Part shown: piece after piece, positions 29,835 to 38,466 of the stretch
Position numbering within the stretch: the stretch's first letter is position 1
How the letters are laid out: every line of letters starts with the position of its first letter
Assembly (NCBI GenBank): GCA_963669175.1
Contig: OY769902.1
Span: 960,001-1,024,000, forward strand
Direction: 5' to 3'
DNA: 64,000 nucleotides
Source: a bacterium
GTDB taxonomy: Bacteria > Electryoneota > Electryoneia > Electryoneales > Electryoneaceae
Notes under the pieces: model-generated
Database searches by the model: none
What the model was told of the DNA's origin: nothing
Seen by the model: the letters and a program-made list of their open reading frames with translations, nothing else
Translations under genes and position numbers: made by a program

Positions 29835-30182
29835 CTGCTTGAGGATAAGGAAACGTGCAAACCTTCACATGATGCAACACCGTATAAAAAACGCTACTGG
29901 TAAGGAGATTGCAAGCGCAGCCGGGCTCCGGCTCCGGAGAAGCAATTTTTTCAATCCGGGCTTATAGTCTCTTGTTGCCAGTAAAGGGGACAGGATGATT
30001 GTCTCCGGAGGTACATTGCTTTTTAACTGGAAAAAGCTTTATTATTGACGCTCCCTTTTTGGAGGGTGGCCGGAAGCGCGAATACTGGCTCTCAGGAACT
30101 GGAAGTAATACGGGAGCGTTCAAGTTTGGTGCTGATATCTTGATGCCGGACACGTAAACCTTTAGGAAAGAAGGTGTGTAAT

Positions 30183-30365
30183 ATGGAGCGAATTTTTATC
30201 CCGCGCCAGAAACATCAGGGTGGAAAACAAACACGGGTGATCAAGAACACCGGTGAAGAGAAAAAGCGTTTGAACGACCTGCTGGAGTGGGTGCGTGAAA
30301 ACCGTAAAGGCGATCATTACCGGGAAATTGCCCGCCAGGCGAACAAACTGGACCAGGGCATGTAG
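30183..30365 (+). CDS. Small hypothetical protein (60 aa)
   Basis: Purine-rich RBS upstream, host-like codon usage, followed by hairpin CGAAAGGCCACA-TG-TGTGGCCTTTCG. Confidence 0.5.
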   Translation: MERIFIPRQKHQGGKQTRVIKNTGEEKKRLNDLLEWVRENRKGDHYREIARQANKLDQGM

Positions 30366-30607
30366 CATTCACCTTGTTGCATCTATTGGGTTTCGAAAGG
30401 CCACATGTGTGGCCTTTCGCTGTTTTACGAGGTTTTGCTCTGGAGACGGTTGAATCATCTTGTACCAGGCGTTGTTTTTTATTTCCTTTGCTCGTTCTTA
30501 CGGCCCGGTCACGCCGGGCCGTGTCTCGTTCCCTGTTAGACGGGTACGGACCGCGATTTTCGGATCAGATCGAAGCTTCTGAGGGACTTGGAGAGGCGAG
30601 AGCCGAG

Positions 30608-30636
30608 TTGACTCCCGCTTGGAAGTCCTCTATATT
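30608..30636 (+). promoter_or_regulatory. sigma70 promoter of the rplM-rpsI operon
   Basis: TTGACT-17 nt-TATATT, about 35 nt upstream of the rplM start. Confidence 0.7.
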
Positions 30637-30671
30637 TGCAGGTCTGTAACATTTAACGATTGGGCAGTACC

Positions 30672-31100
30672 GTGAAAACGCCACATTTGAACAGAGATAC
30701 AGTGGAGCGTAACTGGTACGTGGTAGATGCCACTGACCAGGTGCTGGGTCGTCTGAGCACCCGAATCGCCACTGTTCTACGTGGAAAGCACAAAGCAACC
30801 TTCTCCAACCACGTTGATGGTGGGGATTTTGTGATTGTGCTGAACGCTGACAAGGTCAAATTGACCGGTAAGAAAGCGACTGACAAGTACTACTTCAAGC
30901 ACACGGGCTATCCGGGCGGTGGCAAGAAGGTGAAGATTACCGATGTCATGGCCAAGCAACCGGAACGCGTCGTGCGTCGGGCGGTTTGGGGCATGCTTCC
31001 CAAGGGACCATTGGGACGCAAGCAGATCCGCAAGCTGAAGATATATGTTGGCGGGGATCATCCCCACCAGGCGCAACAACCCGAACCCCTGCCGATGTGA
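30672..31100 (+). CDS. rplM: 50S ribosomal protein L13
   Basis: 'RNWYVVDA...LGRL...LRGKHK', 'HTGYPGG', 'GMLPK', 'HPHQAQQP'; GTG start at 30672. Confidence 0.97.
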   Translation: MKTPHLNRDTVERNWYVVDATDQVLGRLSTRIATVLRGKHKATFSNHVDGGDFVIVLNADKVKLTGKKATDKYYFKHTGYPGGGKKVKITDVMAKQPERVVRRAVWGMLPKGPLGRKQIRKLKIYVGGDHPHQAQQPEPLPM

Positions 31101-31108
31101 GGTGATTC

Positions 31109-31510
31109 ATGGCGAAGATTCCAGTAAATAGCGTATATGCGACCGGTCGGCGGAAAACATCCGTGGCGAAAGTGTGGTTGGCTCCGGGTAACGGCGATGT
31201 GAAAGTGAACGGGCACAGCCTGCTCGAGCATTTCAAGCGCCCGATTCTCCAGACCGTTATTGAACAGCCTCTTGCCGCTATTGAAGGCATTGGCAAGTAT
31301 GACATCTATGCAGTCTGCCGTGGTGGTGGTCTGACAGGTCAGGCCGGCGCCATGCGTCTCGGCATCAGCCGTGCGCTGGTTCAGATCGACGAAGAATTTC
31401 GTTCTGCCCTGCGCAAGCACGGTTTCCTGACACGCGACCCGAGAGAGGTCGAACGTAAGAAGTACGGTCAGCCGGGCGCCCGCAAGAAGTACCAGTTCTC
31501 GAAGCGTTAA
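31109..31510 (+). CDS. rpsI: 30S ribosomal protein S9
   Basis: 'TGRRKTSVA', 'GGGLTGQAGA', 'LTRDPREVERKKYG...QFSKR'. Confidence 0.98.
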   Translation: MAKIPVNSVYATGRRKTSVAKVWLAPGNGDVKVNGHSLLEHFKRPILQTVIEQPLAAIEGIGKYDIYAVCRGGGLTGQAGAMRLGISRALVQIDEEFRSALRKHGFLTRDPREVERKKYGQPGARKKYQFSKR

Positions 31511-31559
31511 AACATGGATGCCGGTTCTCTGTATCCGGCGTCTATTTCTTGTTTTTACG

Positions 31560-31776
31560 AGTGTAAATCGGGGGCAGATGCTCCCGATTTCTGCGATAGG
31601 TGGAGCGAAAATCGCTCCCGTAACCTGAACCGGCGGCCTGACCAGTCGCCGTACACGAGTCGCATGGGCCAAGGTGGAACCGATGGCAACGGGGGGCGCT
31701 ATAGCGTCCTGAGGTCAACAGACTTCCCGCTGCTTTCTACCTGCCACGGGGCCGAGTGCGACACAAAGGAGGCACT
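31560..31776 (+). promoter_or_regulatory. Structured rpsB 5' leader (probable S2 autoregulatory element)
   Basis: Several hairpins (AAATCGGGGGCA/TGCTCCCGATTT, GGAGCGA/TCGCTCC) and a long-range GTCGCA...TGCGAC pairing that closes just before the AGGAGG RBS. Confidence 0.5.
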
Positions 31777-32667
31777 ATGCCACGGATAACTGTGCAGCAG
31801 CTTATCCTCGCCGGAAGCCATTTCGGCCATCTTACCCGCCGTTGGAACCCGAAGATGAAATCGTTCATCTTCATGGAAAAGAACGGCATCTACATCATCG
31901 ACCTGAACAAAACCCAGAAACTTCTTGAGTACGCTTGCGACGAGATGTCCAAGATCGTCGAGAAGGGTGATTCCGTCCTCTTCGTCGGCACCAAGAAGCA
32001 GGCCAAGGACATCGTTCAGAGCGAAGCCAGCCGTTGCGGTATGCCATACGTCAATGAGCGTTGGCTCGGCGGCATGTTGACCAACTTCTCAACCATCCGC
32101 AAGTCTGTCAAAAAGCTGGAATCCATCGAAAAGAAGATGATTGACGGCACTTTTGACAAGCTCACTAAAAAAGAACGTCTGACTATCGACAAACAGCGTG
32201 AAAAGCTGGAACTGGCCCTCAGCGGTATTCGCAACATGAAGAAGCTGCCGGGCGCCGTGTTCGTCGTTGACACGTTGGAAGAAGACATCGCCATCAAGGA
32301 AGCGCGTAAGCTCGGTATCCCGGTATTCGCGATTGTGGATACTAATTCCGATCCCGATGTCGTCAACTACCCGATCCCGGCCAATGATGACGCCTACAAG
32401 TCCATCGGCCTGATCACCAAGACCCTGACTGATGCCGTGTTTGAATCTGCGGCAACCGTCCAGGCGAAGAAAGCCGACGAGCCGAAAGACGCTCCTGTTC
32501 AGGACCAGAAGGATGATGGTCCGCGTCGTCGTTCCCCACGTCGCCGTCGTGGCGCTGGTGGTGGTGGCAAGGGCGGTCAGGGCGGTCAGGGCGGCCAGAA
32601 GGGTGGCGGCAAGGGCGGTCCGAAGGGCGGACGTGGTCCCCGCGGTGGTGGCAAGAAAGGCGAATAA
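31777..32667 (+). CDS. rpsB: 30S ribosomal protein S2
   Basis: 'AGSHFGHLTRRWNPKM', 'FVGTKKQA', 'RWLGGMLTNF', 'PANDDA'; Gly/Lys/Arg-rich C-terminal tail. Confidence 0.98.
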   Translation: MPRITVQQLILAGSHFGHLTRRWNPKMKSFIFMEKNGIYIIDLNKTQKLLEYACDEMSKIVEKGDSVLFVGTKKQAKDIVQSEASRCGMPYVNERWLGGMLTNFSTIRKSVKKLESIEKKMIDGTFDKLTKKERLTIDKQREKLELALSGIRNMKKLPGAVFVVDTLEEDIAIKEARKLGIPVFAIVDTNSDPDVVNYPIPANDDAYKSIGLITKTLTDAVFESAATVQAKKADEPKDAPVQDQKDDGPRRRSPRRRRGAGGGGKGGQGGQGGQKGGGKGGPKGGRGPRGGGKKGE

Positions 32668-32741
32668 TCATCATTCGCTAATGTTACACCCGTAGGTTAG
32701 ACGCTCAAACGCGTAACAACATACAAGACAGGACATATACG

Positions 32742-33605
32742 ATGGAAATCAGTGCGAAGACCGTCATGGAACTGCGCAAGAAGACCGGCGCGGGAATGAT
32801 GGATTGCAAGAAAGCGCTTGCCGAGACTGATGGCGACATGGAAACCGCAGTAAAATATCTTCGTGAAAAAGGCATGAGCGCCGCGAAGAAGCGTGCTGAA
32901 CGTGAAGCCTCTGAAGGTAAGGTTGTCTTCAAGATCTCCGATGACATGAAGAAAGCGGCGATTGTTGAAGTCAACAGCGAAACAGACTTTGTCGCCCGTA
33001 ACGAAGAATTTGTCTCCCTGGCGGCGAATATCGCTGATCAGGCATTTGACAAAGGCCCGGAACTGGCTGAAAATAATATGATCGCCCCGGAGAAGCTGGA
33101 TCTTTCCGGCCTGACCCATCTTTCCGGCAAGATCGGTGAAAAACTGGTCCTGAACCGTGCTGCCTACATGGAAGTCACCGATGGTTTCATCGCCAGCTAC
33201 ATGCACCCCGGTGATCAGCTTGGTGTGCTGGTCGTGATGAGTGGTGATGAAGCTGCATTGAAGAACGAAGCGGCGATGGACCTGGCTCATGACCTGGGTT
33301 TGCAGATTGCAGCGCTTTCCCCGCGCTTTGTTGATTCCGAGGAAATCCCGGAAGAAGTCAAAGAGCAGGAAAAGGCCATCTACAAGCAGCAGATGAAGAA
33401 CGAAGGCAAGCCAGACCAGATCATTGAAAAGATCGCGGAAGGCAAGCTGCGCAAGTTCTACGAAGAAGTCTGCCTGGTCAACCAGATGTATGTCAAAGAG
33501 CAGAAGAATTCGGTCACTGACCGTATCAAGGAAGCGGAAAAGGTTGCCGGCGGCTCACTGAAGGTCGTCAAGTTCATCCGTTTCAAGGTCGGAGAAGGCG
33601 AATAA
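32742..33605 (+). CDS. tsf: Translation elongation factor Ts
   Basis: '[17 protein letters not shown]', '[12 protein letters not shown]'. Confidence 0.98.
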   Translation: MEISAKTVMELRKKTGAGMMDCKKALAETDGDMETAVKYLREKGMSAAKKRAEREASEGKVVFKISDDMKKAAIVEVNSETDFVARNEEFVSLAANIADQAFDKGPELAENNMIAPEKLDLSGLTHLSGKIGEKLVLNRAAYMEVTDGFIASYMHPGDQLGVLVVMSGDEAALKNEAAMDLAHDLGLQIAALSPRFVDSEEIPEEVKEQEKAIYKQQMKNEGKPDQIIEKIAEGKLRKFYEEVCLVNQMYVKEQKNSVTDRIKEAEKVAGGSLKVVKFIRFKVGEGE

Positions 33606-33607
33606 CG

Positions 33608-34327
33608 ATGAAGGATCTGCCCTTTAAGCGGGTGTTACTGAAGCTGTCGGGTGAATCGCTCGCGGGACCGGCGAAGTACGGTCTGGACGAAGAGGTACTC
33701 GGCAACCTCAGCGAAGAGCTGAAAGAGATCAACAATCTTGGCGTTCAGCTTGGTATCGTGGTTGGTGGCGGGAACATCTTCCGTGGCCTGCAGGCTGCCG
33801 GAATGGCAATGGACCGCGTACCAGCCGATCACATGGGCATGCTGGCGACTGTGATCAATGCGATCGCGCTGCAGGGACACCTGGAAAAGCACGGGGTTTA
33901 TACACGGGTACAGTCGGCGTTGACCGTGGATGAAGTCGCGGAGCCGTACATCCGTCGCCGTGCCATACGTCACCTGGAAAAAGGGCGGATTGTCATTTTC
34001 GCTGCCGGTACAGGGAACCCGTTTTTCACTACGGATACCGCTGCGGCTTTGCGCGCCACGGAAATTGGCGCGGAAGTACTGCTGAAGGGAACCCGTGTGG
34101 ATGGCGTCTACGATAAGGACCCGGAGAAATTCCCGGACGCCACACTGTTACCGAAATTGTCCTATCGTGAAGTGATCGGCACCGATATCCGTGTCATGGA
34201 TATGACCGCGATTACCTTCTGCCAGGACAACAAGCTGCCCATCCGTGTCTTCAACATGACTATTCCCGGCAACCTGAAGAGGGTGCTTACGGGTGAAGAT
34301 GTTGGCAGCACAGTCGGATTCGCCTGA
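33608..34327 (+). CDS. pyrH: UMP kinase
   Basis: 'RVLLKLSGE', 'VGGGNIFRG', '[17 protein letters not shown]'. Confidence 0.98.
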   Translation: MKDLPFKRVLLKLSGESLAGPAKYGLDEEVLGNLSEELKEINNLGVQLGIVVGGGNIFRGLQAAGMAMDRVPADHMGMLATVINAIALQGHLEKHGVYTRVQSALTVDEVAEPYIRRRAIRHLEKGRIVIFAAGTGNPFFTTDTAAALRATEIGAEVLLKGTRVDGVYDKDPEKFPDATLLPKLSYREVIGTDIRVMDMTAITFCQDNKLPIRVFNMTIPGNLKRVLTGEDVGSTVGFA

Positions 34328-34355
34328 CCGGACACCCTGTTGTAAAGCCATATCC

Positions 34356-34381
34356 AAGCCGCCTTTCGAGGCGGCTTTTTT
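34356..34381 (+). terminator. Intrinsic terminator after pyrH
   Basis: AAGCCGCC-TTTCGA-GGCGGCTT followed by a T-run. Confidence 0.85.
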
Positions 34382-34413
34382 AATTCACAGGATGTACACG
34401 ATGAGGGAAAGAT

Positions 34414-34779
34414 GGTGCCTCGCTATTTTGAATGGGTAAATAGGCGAAAAATGGGACTGTTACCTTTTCATGCTTTCGAATACAGAACAGTCAAACCAGT
34501 ATTGATGAAAAGGTAACTGTACCAGATTTTTCGCCTGCTCTATCAGATGGTTCCAGACGGGAAAATCCTGGGACAGCCACCTTTTCGCAACATGTTTTCC
34601 CAGCGCTCGATGATTTTGCGTATACATAAATCATGATTAACAATGCCTGGCATATTCGCAGGCGAAAAGAGTGGCAGTCCCCATTTTCCATCGGCAATTT
34701 TCCTTTTCCATCGAATTAGATCCTTACATCCAAGTTAAGGGTATAACAGAATCTTATTCACACAAAACAGCGAAGCGCC
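34414..34779. mobile_element. MITE 'B' (inverted relative of MITE A) with near-perfect 8-bp TSD
   Basis: TIRs GGTGCCTCGCTATTTTG / rc GGCGCTTCGCTGTTTTG (14/17). Flanks GGAAAGAT/AGAAAGAT. Sites at 34443-34469, 34507-34532, 34561-34586 and 34664-34688 match MITE A in reverse order. Confidence 0.8.
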
Positions 34780-34901
34780 AGAAAGATGAACAGGATAAAA
34801 AGAAGGTTATTATTATGATCTTTTCCGACTTGTTGTCTCCTTTTGCGACTCTCTTGTCCGCCCTGGCAGATTTACAAACTACTTTATTCACTACGGGAAA
34901 C

Positions 34902-34922
34902 AACAAATTCTTGTGAGGAACC
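34902..34922. mobile_element. Solo terminal inverted repeat of the MITE X/Y family
   Basis: AACAAATTCTTGTGAGGAACC matches the rc of the 22205 end; no partner end found nearby. Confidence 0.6.
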
Positions 34923-35146
34923 CAACTTTCCAACTTATAATAGGCCGTCGCCGGGCAGCCGCCATCACTTCGTTTCGGCTTGCTTCATGCCGTCGGGGCC
35001 AACGCGATCAATAACTTTGGAACTTTCCAACTTGGCAACTTTCAAACTCACCATGAAAAGGAACAAGAAAAATACATTCTTTATCCTTGAAACATATCGC
35101 AAGAGAATTGTATTATATCAATATCAACCACAGGGGGAGGGAAATA

Positions 35147-35557
35147 ATGCGTACCCGGATGTTAGCGCTTGCCTGTTACCTGTTTTGCCTACCACTCTTT
35201 TTCGCTTGCGATTCGGATGATCAGCACGTCAACACGTCGGAAGGCGATATTGAAGTGACTATAACCCCGAACAATACGCGCCCGGTTTACCGTTGGAGTG
35301 ATGGCGCAGTCAAAGCGGTAAGGGTATCTGTCTTCAACGAGGATGAAACCAGCCTGGACCTGGTCTGGGCCATTGCCGCTGATGATGGACAGGATTTGAT
35401 CGAGCAACCTTTCACACATGGAACTGTGCCGGAGAATTGCGAATTATTGATGAACCTGGAACCGGAACTGAACCTGTATGGGCGCTATGAGGTGTATGTC
35501 GTGCGTGAAAATGGTGACTCCGGCCGTAGAGCTTTCACACCTAATGATGGACAGTAA
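35147..35557 (+). CDS. Hypothetical lipoprotein
   Basis: GGAGG RBS, signal peptide with lipobox 'FFAC'. Confidence 0.7.
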   Translation: MRTRMLALACYLFCLPLFFACDSDDQHVNTSEGDIEVTITPNNTRPVYRWSDGAVKAVRVSVFNEDETSLDLVWAIAADDGQDLIEQPFTHGTVPENCELLMNLEPELNLYGRYEVYVVRENGDSGRRAFTPNDGQ

Positions 35558-35586
35558 TACTGCTGAAACTCTGCTGTAAACAGAAT

Positions 35587-35892
35587 GGCTGCTCAAAAGT
35601 ATGTGCGCAGCATGTCAACAGTCACGTTGCGTCAGGTCTTGATGTGATGAAGGTTTCCTGTTCCGAAGCAGTCCGTAGGGCTTATGATGACCGTCGTTTA
35701 CCGTTTGAGAGGTGTCACGTGCATCACATTGTGACCTGACGTCGGTCCTGAAACAAGTGGCAGGTCACAACGCGATATCTGCATTGTGTAGGGCAATCTC
35801 ATCGATCGGCACATGCCAACAGTAGAGCAAAATCATAACGCGCCAAGACCTGCCACAACACTACCTCAGCGTACAGATTCTTGTGAGGAACC
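35587..35892. mobile_element. MITE 'Y' (inverted, diverged copy of MITE X)
   Basis: Ends GGCTGCTCAAAAG...TTCTTGTGAGGAACC; flanks AACAGAAT/AAAAGAAT (7/8); the same four CAGGTC-type sites in reverse order. Confidence 0.8.
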
Positions 35893-36228
35893 AAAAGAAT
35901 GAAGTTTTCTTAGTGTTTCAATGGAATCAGTATGTCCGGACTGGAATTCTGAGTCTTCCCTTCCCCTGTACCTGCAACCTATCCTGTTTCAAGAGATGAG
36001 AGACCCTCACATCCGGTGCGATTTTCGGCAAGTTCATATGCTGCCTTCAAGCCTGGAAGGCAACAATATTGTTCTGTAAATAAACAAGTTAAACGAAACC
36101 TGATAGTATAAGTGAAATAACAGGGATATACAACGCTGCTTGAACAGAATGATAATTTTTACTATTTTCCCCTTTCATATTTCTATTTCAGGTGATAGAC
36201 GGTCCACACCAACTATAGACTTTACAAA

Positions 36229-38466
36229 GTGCATAAACGTAAAACTTCAACAATCCGGAAGTCTACGTTTTACCACGTCAAGCGATCTCTGATAATGCTG
36301 ACAATGATGATCTCTGGCAGCTTGCTTACCGCAGGGTGCAGGACTTTTCCGCAAGACCAGAAAGCCTATCCGCTGCAGTATGAACAAACCTTCCATATAC
36401 CTGAAATATCGATCTTCAGCATGCCTGTCTGGCGAGGGCCGGATAAAGGGTATTCCTTGTTGGAATTTCATGTTCAAGGGAGTAGACAGCAACCGTACGC
36501 GATAATAAAAGACCCCGTGAAAGACCAGACCCTTGACCAGATCCCATTCAAACTTAGCTCAACTGTTAGTCAGGAAGACTTGATCATTGTCTATTCCGGA
36601 AAAACCGATGCCAACCTTGATGGCATTGACGAAGTCTATTTTACAATGAACGACAATAGTATGCAGCAATTATACAAAATAGACTTGAAAGACAATAGAA
36701 TCCGTCCAGTCTTGTGCCTGGAGAAACCGGACAGTTTCAGAAATGAGATCTATGATTCACGTGTATACTTGCGTGATTGCATGAAAATGGATTCCTCAAC
36801 ATCAAACGATGAGTATTTTTGTTTCATCCAGGCTACCGGCTATATCCGTCTTCCCCGAAAGATTATCATGTACCGAAAAGGGGATCCACCGGAAGAGATA
36901 TTTCAGTATGATTTCAGCAGTCCAATAAGTGATTATATTCTGGTTGATGATATCAACCGGGATGGCGAGGAAGAGTTCATCTTTGGTACTGCTAATCCCT
37001 CCAACGGCCACACCTTCAACGGTTTTATAGACTCGAAAAGCTATATCGTCGCTTTGGATAAGCAGGGAAATCTTGTCTGGTCAACAGAGTTTGGGGAGCA
37101 TGGGGGGCAGTGTGCCATAGCACGTCACCCAACCGATGACACTCGCTTGGTTGCGATAGACAACTGGGACGCCCTGGCAGATGCAAATGATATCACAGAC
37201 GTGTACATGCTCAATAAAAGCGATGGTGAGATTCTGACAAAAACAACATTGCCCGCTACTGTCTCTATGCACGTGAACCGAAAGACAGGAGTTGCCGGTC
37301 AACTGGTGGCATTAAGTGTGGAAGATGGGCTCTCAACCATCACAATTCTTTCAGTGACCTGTGATACTGTAATCAGTAAAACCTTCCCATTTCCATGCAG
37401 GTATGAAGATGTCATTTTCCATCCTGCATACAAGGACAGCTTATACAAATGCCATAACAGCAGCCTGGAAAGCTATCTACTGACCAAAGACCTTGAACTC
37501 GTCGCACGATTGCCGTTTTCAACCAGCACGTACTATGTTTTCAGTAGTCTGCAGAATCCCAATTCGCCTTTGATCCGTGCTTTAAAACGAGATATTAGCA
37601 CCACAATCGGTTTTTTAGTGAAGAAGCCCTGGTATATCTGGTGGACCTGGCGCTGGCGATGGGTTCTGATTGGGGCGCTGGTTATTCCGGCGGCGTTGTT
37701 CGGGGTATTCATGCTGATTCGATACATCTATGCCCGGCGAAAATATACCAGGGAGCTTCAGCAAGCGTATGAACAACTCAATGATCTGATGGCCAAAGTG
37801 CAGACTGTGCAGGAAGATGAACGGAAACGCGTTGCCAAGGATCTGCATGATGGTATGGGAAATTACATTACAGCGTTGAAAACAAGGGTTGAGCATATCA
37901 ATAAATCGGCCGCTAATGGAACGCTTTTCAGTGAACGAAACATCAATGAGGTTTTTTCTTTGCTGGACAAAAGTTCTGATGAAGTTCACCGTATCGTGTA
38001 TGGTCTTTCACCTCCATTACTTGAAAAAGAGGGGCTTGTTGCTGCGATTCAGGAAGATCTCGCCATGTCGGAAGGCAAAGCCGGGTTTGAAATTGATGCC
38101 GCATTGGATCAGCAACTACCACGCCTGCAGCCCGACCTGGAAATCACACTATTTCGAATTTACCAGGAGATTCTGAACAACATTATCAATCATGCAAAGA
38201 CCGCTCGATTGGTGCAAATTGCCCTGTACATGGAAGAAGATGCGCTGATTCTCTGGATAGAAGATGATGGTGAAGGATTTGATGTCAGCGGTGCGTTGCA
38301 GAAAAACTCTCTTGGTCTGAAAGTAATGCACCAGCGTCTACGACCCTTTGGCGGTCGTCTGCACATTATAAGTGAACCGGGAAAGGGCAGCAGGTTCAGT
38401 GGCGAAATCAAACATTGCAGCCAGTATCTGGCAGAAGAGAAGAATGAATATCAAATTCCATCATAA
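36229..38466 (+). CDS. Sensor histidine kinase (HisKA_3/NarX-like) with large extracytoplasmic domain
   Basis: Lipobox-like 'LTAGC', DxNxDG motifs, Trp-rich pre-TM 'PWYIWWTWRWRW', 'RVAKDLHDG', 'EDDGEGF'. Confidence 0.85.
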   Translation: MHKRKTSTIRKSTFYHVKRSLIMLTMMISGSLLTAGCRTFPQDQKAYPLQYEQTFHIPEISIFSMPVWRGPDKGYSLLEFHVQGSRQQPYAIIKDPVKDQTLDQIPFKLSSTVSQEDLIIVYSGKTDANLDGIDEVYFTMNDNSMQQLYKIDLKDNRIRPVLCLEKPDSFRNEIYDSRVYLRDCMKMDSSTSNDEYFCFIQATGYIRLPRKIIMYRKGDPPEEIFQYDFSSPISDYILVDDINRDGEEEFIFGTANPSNGHTFNGFIDSKSYIVALDKQGNLVWSTEFGEHGGQCAIARHPTDDTRLVAIDNWDALADANDITDVYMLNKSDGEILTKTTLPATVSMHVNRKTGVAGQLVALSVEDGLSTITILSVTCDTVISKTFPFPCRYEDVIFHPAYKDSLYKCHNSSLESYLLTKDLELVARLPFSTSTYYVFSSLQNPNSPLIRALKRDISTTIGFLVKKPWYIWWTWRWRWVLIGALVIPAALFGVFMLIRYIYARRKYTRELQQAYEQLNDLMAKVQTVQEDERKRVAKDLHDGMGNYITALKTRVEHINKSAANGTLFSERNINEVFSLLDKSSDEVHRIVYGLSPPLLEKEGLVAAIQEDLAMSEGKAGFEIDAALDQQLPRLQPDLEITLFRIYQEILNNIINHAKTARLVQIALYMEEDALILWIEDDGEGFDVSGALQKNSLGLKVMHQRLRPFGGRLHIISEPGKGSRFSGEIKHCSQYLAEEKNEYQIPS

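Noticed and set aside
8050-35892. Four-site arrays as CRISPR or TIGR-like guide arrays
   Set aside because: Sites alternate in orientation, there are only four per locus, spacer lengths are unequal, some spacers are homologous between copies, and there are no cas or Nop-domain genes in the window.
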